DNA of 61,534 nucleotides, taken from contig CAZTQK010000001.1 in assembly GCA_964615635.1 (NCBI GenBank), forward strand, positions 22,790-84,323, read 5' to 3'. The notes under the pieces were generated by a model, which was given only the letters and a program-made list of their open reading frames with translations, was not told where the DNA came from and searched no databases. Shown here piece by piece: positions 36,759-43,990 of this stretch. The position numbers were made by a program, and so were the translations under genes. How positions within the stretch are numbered: the first letter of the stretch is position 1; the number at the start of each line of letters is the position of its first letter. The DNA comes from an uncultured Planctomycetales bacterium (GTDB taxonomy: Bacteria > Planctomycetota > Phycisphaerae > UBA1845 > PWPN01).

Positions 36759-38384
36759 ATGGATACAGTCGGCATCATACTGATTCTAGTCATTGGCGGG
36801 GGAATCGCCCTTTGGTACCAGACAAAAGTTTCTGAACGGAAACGAAGGGAAGCCCGCCGAGCCGAAGAATTCGAGCGGGAGCGTCTGGCTGAATGCGAGG
36901 AGGTAGTACGCTACTTCGCCAACTCATACGGCTACCTGGCCCGGGCCGTCATCAGCCGTGACGAACTTGCAGAACAAATCGACGCCGGGGTCACCGCCGA
37001 AGAGCTTCGGGATTTCATTTCAAGCCGGATGATCAATGTAGACGGGCTAGAGCTCGGCGATCATGGAAGCGGATTGCCGGTGATCCTTCCGGACGAGTAC
37101 CGGGATAAGCACCTCTACGTGGTCGGAAAGTCCGGCTACGGCAAAACAAATTTCCTCCGGTATTTGATCCTCCAGGACCTGTCACGGGGAAATGGCATCG
37201 GCTTGCTGGCTCCTGAAATGGAGATGCTCACCGAGGAGATCCTCCCGTTCATCCCCGAAGACCGGGTCGAGGATGTCATTTATTTCAACCCCAAAGACCT
37301 CGAGTTTCCGGTTGTCCTGAACCCCTTGTATTTGGAAGAGGGAGAGGACATTGACCTGCACGTGGACGAGACCTTCACCGTCCTGCAGCGGGTAGTGGGG
37401 GACGGCGGCCCGAGGATGGACGAGATTCTTCGACACAGCCTCTACGCCCTGACCGAGCGGCAGGGATCGACCCTCATGGACTTCGAGCCGCTTCTTGACC
37501 GCCATGACGACACCTTGCGGAAGGAAATCGTCCGAACCACCGAAGACGAGCAGACAAAGAGGTTTTTCGAGCATACCTACCCGTTGCTGCCGAAAGACGC
37601 ACACTTCCCAGTGATCAACCGGATTTCCCGGATTGTCCGTGGCAAATACGTCCGGAATTGCCTTTGTCCGCCAAGACGGTCATCGATGAATCCGGAAGAG
37701 GTCTCAAGGCGGTTGCTTAATATTCGACGCGCGATGGACGAGGGGAAGATTCTGCTCTTTAACCTGTCGGACGGTATCTTGGGAACGGTCGCGAGCCAGC
37801 TTATCGGCCAGTTAATCGTGGCGAAATATCAGACTGCTACCATGAGCCGCGCCGACACGTCGAAAGGTGGGCGGCGGCCGCACTTCCTGTACCTGGACGA
37901 ATTCCAGAATTTCTGCGGCATTGCCCAGCAGTCGTACGAGAAGATTCTCTCACGAGCACGCAAGTACAAACTTGGATTGATTCTTGCCCATCAGCAGACG
38001 CGGCAGGTACCGCTGGAATTGTATCGCGAAATTCTGGGTAACGTTTCGACGATCGTGAGCTTCCAGGTTGCCCAGGCCGATGCCGGCAGGCTCGGACCGG
38101 AGTTCATCAACCAATATGACTTCGAAGTGGAATCTTTGCCGAGAGAGGAATTGCTCCAACTCGGCGTCGGGGAAGCCTATTGCAGGATCGGCAAAAACAC
38201 GTTCCCGATGTGGGTGCCGAAGGTCGACGCAGAACCGGATTTCGACCGGGCCGAGGAAGTAATTGAATTCTCGCGCAAGGCTTATGGCATTCCCCGCACG
38301 CCTAAGGCAGCGGATGAGCGGTCCGCAAGGCAAACCGCAGACGATGATCCTCTCGCTGACCTCGATCCGGACGAGGTGTTCTAA
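36759..38384 (+). CDS. TraD/VirD4-like coupling-protein-type ATPase (T4CP-like) with an N-terminal TM anchor
   Basis: ATG at 36759 gives MDTVGIILILVIGGGIALWY (TM). Walker A VVGKSGYGKTNFL, Walker B FLYLDEFQNF, ILAHQQTRQV. Confidence 0.7.
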   Translation: MDTVGIILILVIGGGIALWYQTKVSERKRREARRAEEFERERLAECEEVVRYFANSYGYLARAVISRDELAEQIDAGVTAEELRDFISSRMINVDGLELGDHGSGLPVILPDEYRDKHLYVVGKSGYGKTNFLRYLILQDLSRGNGIGLLAPEMEMLTEEILPFIPEDRVEDVIYFNPKDLEFPVVLNPLYLEEGEDIDLHVDETFTVLQRVVGDGGPRMDEILRHSLYALTERQGSTLMDFEPLLDRHDDTLRKEIVRTTEDEQTKRFFEHTYPLLPKDAHFPVINRISRIVRGKYVRNCLCPPRRSSMNPEEVSRRLLNIRRAMDEGKILLFNLSDGILGTVASQLIGQLIVAKYQTATMSRADTSKGGRRPHFLYLDEFQNFCGIAQQSYEKILSRARKYKLGLILAHQQTRQVPLELYREILGNVSTIVSFQVAQADAGRLGPEFINQYDFEVESLPREELLQLGVGEAYCRIGKNTFPMWVPKVDAEPDFDRAEEVIEFSRKAYGIPRTPKAADERSARQTADDDPLADLDPDEVF

Positions 38385-39269
38385 ATGCCGGAGAAACGAT
38401 TCAAGTTCACGGAACGCGACAGCCTGCTTTTGGTGGATTTGTACAAGCACCGCTTCCTAACTATTACTCAACTACAGCGACTCCACTTCCCTTCGATGCA
38501 AACAGCCTACCGCCGCATGCGGCTCCTGAAATCAGCCCGGTACGTGTCATCCTTTACGGTCGCGAACATAGACGAGTCTATATTCACGGTTTCAACGGCG
38601 GGCTTGCAGGCCGTTGCGGAAGCGCTTGGCGTTGACCGCGAGCAGTTGAAGTGGAGCGAGACGAAGGCCAAGCCACGCGACTACTACTTCATGCGGCATT
38701 TTCTCGCTATCAACGACTTTCGGATCACGCTCAAACTAGCTTGTGAAGCGTCCGGCATCCGTCTCTTGGGTTTCATCCCTGACTATTACGGTGAGAAGAC
38801 TGATAAGGGAGCGGTTACCAAGTATATCAGGGACGTCATTTGCGATGTCGCTCGCGACCGCCAGGAGGTCTCTCATACGCCGGACGGGGTATTTGCCCTC
38901 GAACGGGATGGCAAGGCCGCGCTCTTCTTTCTTGAAATCGACCGGGGGACAGAAGTTGTGGGTGACTCGGACAAAGGTGTACTGAAGAGCATCCGTTTCT
39001 ACACGAATTATCTGCTTGATGGCAAATACCAGCGGTATACAAAGGACTTCGGTGTTCAAGAATTCAAAGGATTCCGGAGCCTTTATGTGACAACGGCCCC
39101 CGCGCGCCTTTCGAACATCAGACAAGCCGTGGCGAAACTGGACATTCCACAAAAGGCCCAGCGGTTTCACTGGATAACGACTGAACATGAGCTTACGACA
39201 CAGAGCATTTTCACTCCTATTTGGCTGTCGCTCGACCCCACGGACGAGAAGCGATACCAAATCGGGTAA
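38385..39269 (+). CDS. Replication-relaxation family protein (paralog 2)
   Basis: FTERDSLLLVDLYKHRFLTITQLQRLHFPSMQTAYRRMRLLKSARYV, HTPDGVFAL, FFLEIDRGTE. It starts immediately after the T4CP-like stop. Confidence 0.7.
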   Translation: MPEKRFKFTERDSLLLVDLYKHRFLTITQLQRLHFPSMQTAYRRMRLLKSARYVSSFTVANIDESIFTVSTAGLQAVAEALGVDREQLKWSETKAKPRDYYFMRHFLAINDFRITLKLACEASGIRLLGFIPDYYGEKTDKGAVTKYIRDVICDVARDRQEVSHTPDGVFALERDGKAALFFLEIDRGTEVVGDSDKGVLKSIRFYTNYLLDGKYQRYTKDFGVQEFKGFRSLYVTTAPARLSNIRQAVAKLDIPQKAQRFHWITTEHELTTQSIFTPIWLSLDPTDEKRYQIG

Positions 39270-39304
39270 AGAGCACATACAATTACTGGTTTTGGAGGAC
39301 AATC

Positions 39305-39814
39305 ATGGCAATCACACTCAAAGAAGAATCCATTCTGAATGAATGGACAACGATGATCGATCACGGGGCTGGCAACGCTGGCAACGTACTTTCGGCGATC
39401 CAGGCACGGCTAAAGGAAGCCAAGATTCCCGGCGACTGTAACTGGGAAGTTGAAGAGGTCAAGAGCTCGGGCTTTTTTGCCAAGGTGAGGCGCGATTTTC
39501 TGATAGTCAATTTCCAGGAATTCAAGGACTACCACATGTACATCGGAATCCGCGACTACGGCATCCATCTCGATTGTTGCCGGTTTCTGACGGTTGAGCC
39601 GGGATTCCTCAAGAAATGGGCATCGGAGAAGCTCACCGGCTACGCTGACGCACTGTCCGCTCCGAAAAACATCCTCATTCATCAGGACCTACGGGCCTGG
39701 ACGACGGTTGTCCACCACGCGGTTGTAAGTTCAGTCGAGGAACTTATGGTCAAGCTGGGACAGGACACGAAGCTCTTGCAGCGGGGGAGCAAGGGCTTCT
39801 TGGAGATTTGGTGA
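39305..39814 (+). CDS. Hypothetical protein
   Basis: ATG at 39305 follows TGGAGGAC; the track ORF from 39221 overlaps the previous gene. No motif recognised. Confidence 0.5.
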   Translation: MAITLKEESILNEWTTMIDHGAGNAGNVLSAIQARLKEAKIPGDCNWEVEEVKSSGFFAKVRRDFLIVNFQEFKDYHMYIGIRDYGIHLDCCRFLTVEPGFLKKWASEKLTGYADALSAPKNILIHQDLRAWTTVVHHAVVSSVEELMVKLGQDTKLLQRGSKGFLEIW

Positions 39815-39981
39815 CTGGAGCGCACTCTTGCATAGCACGACATGAAAAGTTGTAGCGGTCATTGCTTGACTGCTCCTGTGACGTATGGGACAATGTCATT
39901 TGGGAGCTATAGAAGCCTGAAACAAAATTGATCTTGTAAGGAGGAATAAAGAATGTACTGTTTCTTCAACGGGGTGATGCG

Positions 39982-40113
39982 ATGAGTGAAAACCTCTGGA
40001 GTCTAATCGGGGGGTGGAAAGGGGTCACGGGTTCATTGCTCTTTGCAGTAGTCATTTTGGCTATATTTCTCTTGACCCACGCCTCACTTACCAGACTTGG
40101 ACGGCAGCGCTGA
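39982..40113 (+). CDS. Candidate 43-aa single-TM peptide preceded by a coupled 10-codon mini-ORF (39953-39985)
   Basis: TAAGGAGGA-N7-ATG at 39953. ATGA overlap into MSENLWSLIGGWKGVTGSLLFAVVILAIFLLTHASLTRLGRQR. Candidate promoter TTGACT-17-GACAAT at 39866-39894. Both ORFs are below the ORF-track size cutoff. Confidence 0.25.
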   Translation: MSENLWSLIGGWKGVTGSLLFAVVILAIFLLTHASLTRLGRQR

Positions 40114-40145
40114 GGCCAAGGGAAACTTATGGGAGCGTCTTGAAG

Positions 40146-40868
40146 TTAGGCGCTCTCTCTTTTCGTTCTGGTGGATTTAACAGAATCTCGTATGTTGCTG
40201 ATCGTAGAAACGCAGTGAATCGGTATCCTTTTCTTTAAGAACAGGTCATTTTTATCTTCCTCACGGTCTACGACGGCAACAGCATTTGATACATATGCTC
40301 CAAATTTCTCGATTTTGTCAATTGCCTTCATGAGCTGCAACCCGGTAGTCACGACATCAGTCACAAGTATTACGGCATCACCTTCCTTCAAAGGTTCGCC
40401 CTTCACTGATGCAGCGTCTAGTTTACGGCGAGGGCGAACGACCGAAGCATTCACGCCCAACATGCTAGACACTAGGTCTTTGGTCGTCAAACATCCAACT
40501 GGCCCGGAGTCCTTTTCAATAAAGCAAACCTTCCAATTCACCTTGTCTTTTTGTTCAGCCATGATGGTTTTGATTTTGTCACAAATCTGAGTTGCAGTGC
40601 GCTTTGAACTTTCAAAGTCCCTCAGAGTATTGTCAGTATCGTAGAAATCCTTGCGCCGACCAACACCTGCAGTCATATCCCAATCACTGGCACAGTATCC
40701 GGCCAGTAGAAAATTGCCGGTCGTCTCAACGGCAGGAGCGGCGACAAGAATTGTGCGTTTAACTACTGCCCAATGCACAAACAAGACAACAGCGAAGACT
40801 ATCGCCGGAATGACTATTGAAAGCAAAAACAAGCTGCCATTGACCATGTTGGCGATTTCCTGAATCAT
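40146..40868 (-). CDS. Membrane-anchored phosphoribosyltransferase, orotate-PRTase-like C-terminal half
   Basis: ATG at 40868 lies 6 nt after AAGGAG (the track start at 40874 is a TTG). N-terminal hydrophobic helix LFLLSIVIPAIVFAVVLFVHWAVV. PRPP loop GDAVILVTDVVTTGLQ. AVAVVDREE. Confidence 0.75.
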   Translation of the reverse strand: MIQEIANMVNGSLFLLSIVIPAIVFAVVLFVHWAVVKRTILVAAPAVETTGNFLLAGYCASDWDMTAGVGRRKDFYDTDNTLRDFESSKRTATQICDKIKTIMAEQKDKVNWKVCFIEKDSGPVGCLTTKDLVSSMLGVNASVVRPRRKLDAASVKGEPLKEGDAVILVTDVVTTGLQLMKAIDKIEKFGAYVSNAVAVVDREEDKNDLFLKKRIPIHCVSTISNIRDSVKSTRTKRESA

Positions 40869-40886
40869 CTCCAACTCCTTTCTACG

Positions 40887-41333
40887 CTACTTAGCCGATA
40901 TAGCCAAGCCAGCCGCTATTAGCAGCACGTTATAACCGATTATCCAACTCGCCAAAATTGGAGAGACAATGCCCAAAGTCTTCCAGAAATCTGATTGGAA
41001 CGGATATTGTCTCGAGAATATTTTATGCAAAAGGTACACGATCACATAACCTAGTAAGAACAGTGCCGGGAACTTAAACAAATTCGCCTTACTAGTCAAG
41101 ACAAGTTCAGAGATTTTGGACGCTGGGTTTAGCAAAGCAGTCGCTACCGTGGCAAATGACATATGGCAAAGATCACTTCCTATTCTTGTAAACTCTGCCC
41201 AAGAACTCATAACCAAGTCTTTCCTGTCACCCTTACGCACCAACACCATCACAACGTAGTAGAATGATCTAGCTAATACAGCGATGAGAAGAAGGATCAA
41301 CTGAAACCAAATTATCTCTTCGACTGATCTCAT
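40887..41333 (-). CDS. Small 4-TM membrane protein
   Basis: ATG at 41333 overlaps the upstream stop (TGATG). Four hydrophobic segments. No motif recognised. Confidence 0.55.
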   Translation of the reverse strand: MRSVEEIIWFQLILLLIAVLARSFYYVVMVLVRKGDRKDLVMSSWAEFTRIGSDLCHMSFATVATALLNPASKISELVLTSKANLFKFPALFLLGYVIVYLLHKIFSRQYPFQSDFWKTLGIVSPILASWIIGYNVLLIAAGLAISAK

Positions 41334-41755
41334 CAATGCACCGGTAGCTTCTTGTTGAGTTCGTCCATCGAATCAAGATAATGGCATATCATCTGTTCGA
41401 GATTCGCGTACGCGCCAGTCGCGTCACTCGTCTCTACGTCTCTGGAAAGTTTGTCCAGACCATTCCCGATAGCCAGCATAACGCTGTCATGAGTTTCACG
41501 GGTTTCCTTTTTGAATGGAATGTCGCCGGTGAGGTTGAAGAAAAAATCTTCTATAAATGCTACAAGCGTATAAATCAGCAGGCGCTGCCAAGTCGCTGCT
41601 TGCTTGTATTGCAGTTCGGATAGGACAAAATGTAACTCACGCAGCGGCCTGGACATTGTCACGTCCCCCTGCAGTGAATTTGCGGTCTCGCGAAGCTTTT
41701 GAACCAGTATGGCTTCAATTTCTGGAGTCATCTGCCGCACGCTCAACTTCTTCAT
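41333..41755 (-). CDS. Hypothetical, predicted all-helical protein (start uncertain: 41755, 41731 or up to 41815)
   Basis: The ORF overlaps the 3' end of pyrF by 17-41+ nt, depending on the start chosen. No motif recognised. Confidence 0.45.
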   Translation of the reverse strand: MKKLSVRQMTPEIEAILVQKLRETANSLQGDVTMSRPLRELHFVLSELQYKQAATWQRLLIYTLVAFIEDFFFNLTGDIPFKKETRETHDSVMLAIGNGLDKLSRDVETSDATGAYANLEQMICHYLDSMDELNKKLPVH

Positions 41756-42461
41756 AAACTCTTTGGGCCGCCGCAGTTGGATCCCCGGACTTGAGAATCG
41801 GGCGTCCAATAACAATGAGGCTTGCCCCAGCTTCTATTGCTTGTCTCGGCGTCGTAATGCGCTTCTGGTCATCTGTTGAGTCCACTGACCATTCCGGTCG
41901 GATGCCCGGATTGATTATGTAGAAATTGCTCCCTATCTCTCGTCTCACAGAAGCGGTTTCCTCAGCGGAACAGACAATTCCATCTAGGCCGGCCTGTTTC
42001 GCTAACTCAGCGAGACGAAGCGCATAGGCTTTGCTGTCTTGTTCAATACCAAGTTCGCTTCTCAAATTCTCGGTATTGAGGCTGGTCAGCACCGTAACTC
42101 CTATGACCAGAGGCCGCTTTACACTAGCTGTCCTTGACAGCTCATGTGCCTCATTGACAGTGGCTTTCATCATCGCCAAACCACCACTCGTATGGACATT
42201 AAAAATACTGGCACCGAGAGACACAATGGATCGAGTTGCCCCGGCAACGGTGTTCGGAATATCATGAAACTTAAGGTCCAAAAAGACTTTGCCCCCCACT
42301 TCCACTATTGTCTCGACGACCCTTGGCCCAACTGCGCAGAAGAGCTGCAATCCGACTTTGAAATAACCGACCGATTCCCGGGTGGCCTTGACCAATCGCT
42401 CGGCCTCCTGCAGAGTGGCCACGTCAAGCGCCAGACATACTTTGTCTTTTACGTTACCCAT
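41715..42461 (-). CDS. pyrF: Orotidine 5'-phosphate decarboxylase
   Basis: VCLALDV, FLDLKFHDIPNT (D-x-K-x-x-D), VLTS, NPGIRP, DDQKR, VIGRPI. These are all the canonical type-1 PyrF motifs. Confidence 0.9.
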   Translation of the reverse strand: MGNVKDKVCLALDVATLQEAERLVKATRESVGYFKVGLQLFCAVGPRVVETIVEVGGKVFLDLKFHDIPNTVAGATRSIVSLGASIFNVHTSGGLAMMKATVNEAHELSRTASVKRPLVIGVTVLTSLNTENLRSELGIEQDSKAYALRLAELAKQAGLDGIVCSAEETASVRREIGSNFYIINPGIRPEWSVDSTDDQKRITTPRQAIEAGASLIVIGRPILKSGDPTAAAQRVYEEVERAADDSRN

Positions 42462-42472
42462 ACAAGACCAGC

Positions 42473-42769
42473 TTATTTTTTGTTCTTTCTTCTCTCACGG
42501 ACTATTATGTCTGCAGAGTCTTTAAGGCTGAGATTGAGCACGAGTTCCTTCAGTCGATCAGAAGCCCACCGCGTATCAGATGGGTCGTAAAGGTCTTTCA
42601 TCCCATCTTTGGCCACAGGTTGGATTATTAGCAATCGCTTGTAGTCGCGCATTATCCTCACCGATTTCCCAAAGATTTCAGCTGCTTTCTCAATGTTTAT
42701 AAGATGCTCATTCATTTGCTCATCTCTCGCCTTACGTAACATTTCCGTTACTTTCGCAAACCGTTGCAA
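42473..42769 (-). CDS. Small HTH protein (MerR/excisionase-like); the start may be the internal ATG at 42715
   Basis: MNEHLINIEKAAEIFGKSVRIMRDYKRL resembles excisionase-type HTH domains. It lies between the integrase and pyrF. Confidence 0.45.
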   Translation of the reverse strand: MQRFAKVTEMLRKARDEQMNEHLINIEKAAEIFGKSVRIMRDYKRLLIIQPVAKDGMKDLYDPSDTRWASDRLKELVLNLSLKDSADIIVRERRKNKK

Positions 42770-42790
42770 ATCGCCGACATTCGTCGTTAA

Positions 42791-42800
42791 TTGACGTCAA
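42791..42800. promoter_or_regulatory. 10 bp perfect palindrome TTGACGTCAA between the integrase stop and the HTH gene start
   Basis: Read directly from the sequence. Flanking AA/TT extend the symmetry imperfectly. Confidence 0.25.
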
Positions 42801-42835
42801 ATTGTAGCACGAAACGTTACTTGTCAATAAAAAAA

Positions 42836-43771
42836 TTAGATTTTTATTGCATTACTCGGGCTGAACCTCGAATACGTCTCCACCATATCCTGGTTGCTCA
42901 TGTGCAGGTAGTTTTGCGTCACTACCAGCGACGTGTGCCCGAGAATCTTCTGCAGAATCACCGGGGAGCCGCCTTGTCGGATGAAAAACGTAGCCGCGCT
43001 GTGGCGAATCAGGTGGGGATAGAGCTCAATGCCGACATTATTCCCGATATCCTGGATGATCTTGTGGCAGTGGCGCGAAGTTATAGGCTTGCCGCTTCTC
43101 TGGCAGAAAGCGAGGTTCCCCGGCGTGCCGTTCCGCCACCGGTTCAGGTAGAAATGGACGGTCTTAATGGTCTTCGCGCCCATCGGGACTTGACGCTCCT
43201 TGCGGCCCTTGCCATAAACCTTGACCAGCCCGGCGCGCAGGTCAATATCGTCGATCTTGAGCGTTATCAATTCCTCTTTGCGGATCATGGAATCCCAGAA
43301 CAACATCACCATCGTGAGATTCCGGTATCCTTCGTAGGTTGACTTGTTGAGGGACTGCAAAACACGCTGGATTTCCTCCGGCGACACTACCGGCTTAATC
43401 CGTTTGGATACCTTGACCAGTTTCAGCTTCTTCGTGGGGTTTGGTTTTTCCCAGATGCCTTCTTCTTCCAGGTAATTGAAGAACCGGCGGTAGACGCGTA
43501 TCCGGCCGTTGACGGTTTCGTCAGAGACGTTGCCGATAAGCGACAGCAGGTAGTCCTGGATATTCTGCCGCGTAATGTCCTCGATGTCGATGCCTTTTTC
43601 TTCGAGATAGCGGACCAGATAGCCGAGCCGCTCCGCATAGACGTTGAGAGTGCGTGGTGCCAGATTTCTTATCTTGCATCCGAAGACAAACGCATCGACG
43701 TATGTCTTCCAGTTTGATCCCACCTTCAGTTCATCGACCAAAAGGTAGAGTCGCTTGAGATGATCTTCCAT
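42836..43771 (-). CDS. Tyrosine recombinase / integrase (XerC/D-like, full length)
   Basis: N-terminal SAM-like domain (YVDAFVFGCKIRNLAPRTLNVYAERL). MLFWDSMIRKEEL (Arg), HLIRHSAATFF, LGHTSLVVTQNYLH. Confidence 0.9.
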   Translation of the reverse strand: MEDHLKRLYLLVDELKVGSNWKTYVDAFVFGCKIRNLAPRTLNVYAERLGYLVRYLEEKGIDIEDITRQNIQDYLLSLIGNVSDETVNGRIRVYRRFFNYLEEEGIWEKPNPTKKLKLVKVSKRIKPVVSPEEIQRVLQSLNKSTYEGYRNLTMVMLFWDSMIRKEELITLKIDDIDLRAGLVKVYGKGRKERQVPMGAKTIKTVHFYLNRWRNGTPGNLAFCQRSGKPITSRHCHKIIQDIGNNVGIELYPHLIRHSAATFFIRQGGSPVILQKILGHTSLVVTQNYLHMSNQDMVETYSRFSPSNAIKI

Positions 43772-43867
43772 GACTTCTCCTACCAGTCAGAGGCCCTTTT
43801 GCCTGTTTTGGCCTCATGTTTTTGGTTGAAGTAGTCGTCGGAAGTCGTTGTTGGGTATTAAATTAAA

Positions 43868-43941
43868 TACCCCCGGCAGGACTCGAACCTGCTACCCTCT
43901 GCTTAGAAGGCAGATGCTCTATCCGGATGAGCTACGGGGGC
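43868..43941 (-). tRNA. tRNA-Arg (anticodon TCT)
   Basis: The reverse complement folds as GCCCCCG-TA-GCTC-ATCCGGATA-GAGC-A-TCTGC-CTTCTAA-GCAGA-GGGTA-GCAGG-TTCGAGT-CCTGC-CGGGGGT-A. That gives 74 nt, a G1-U72 pair, discriminator A and no encoded CCA. Confidence 0.9.
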
Positions 43942-43990
43942 GTCCGATCATTCTACACCAAAATACCCGCCCCCGCCTGATCCCGCAACA

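Larger units (their letters stand above)
1..43867. mobile_element. Mosaic integrative/mobilizable genomic island inserted at tRNA-Arg; the left end lies outside the window
   Basis: Integrase 42836-43771 abuts the 3' end of tRNA-Arg. GC content visibly jumps right of ~43.9 kb. Three recombinases, a T4CP-like ATPase, relaxase-like genes and stacked defence genes lie inside. I found no second copy of the tRNA 3' end in the window, so the left boundary is unknown. Confidence 0.7.
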
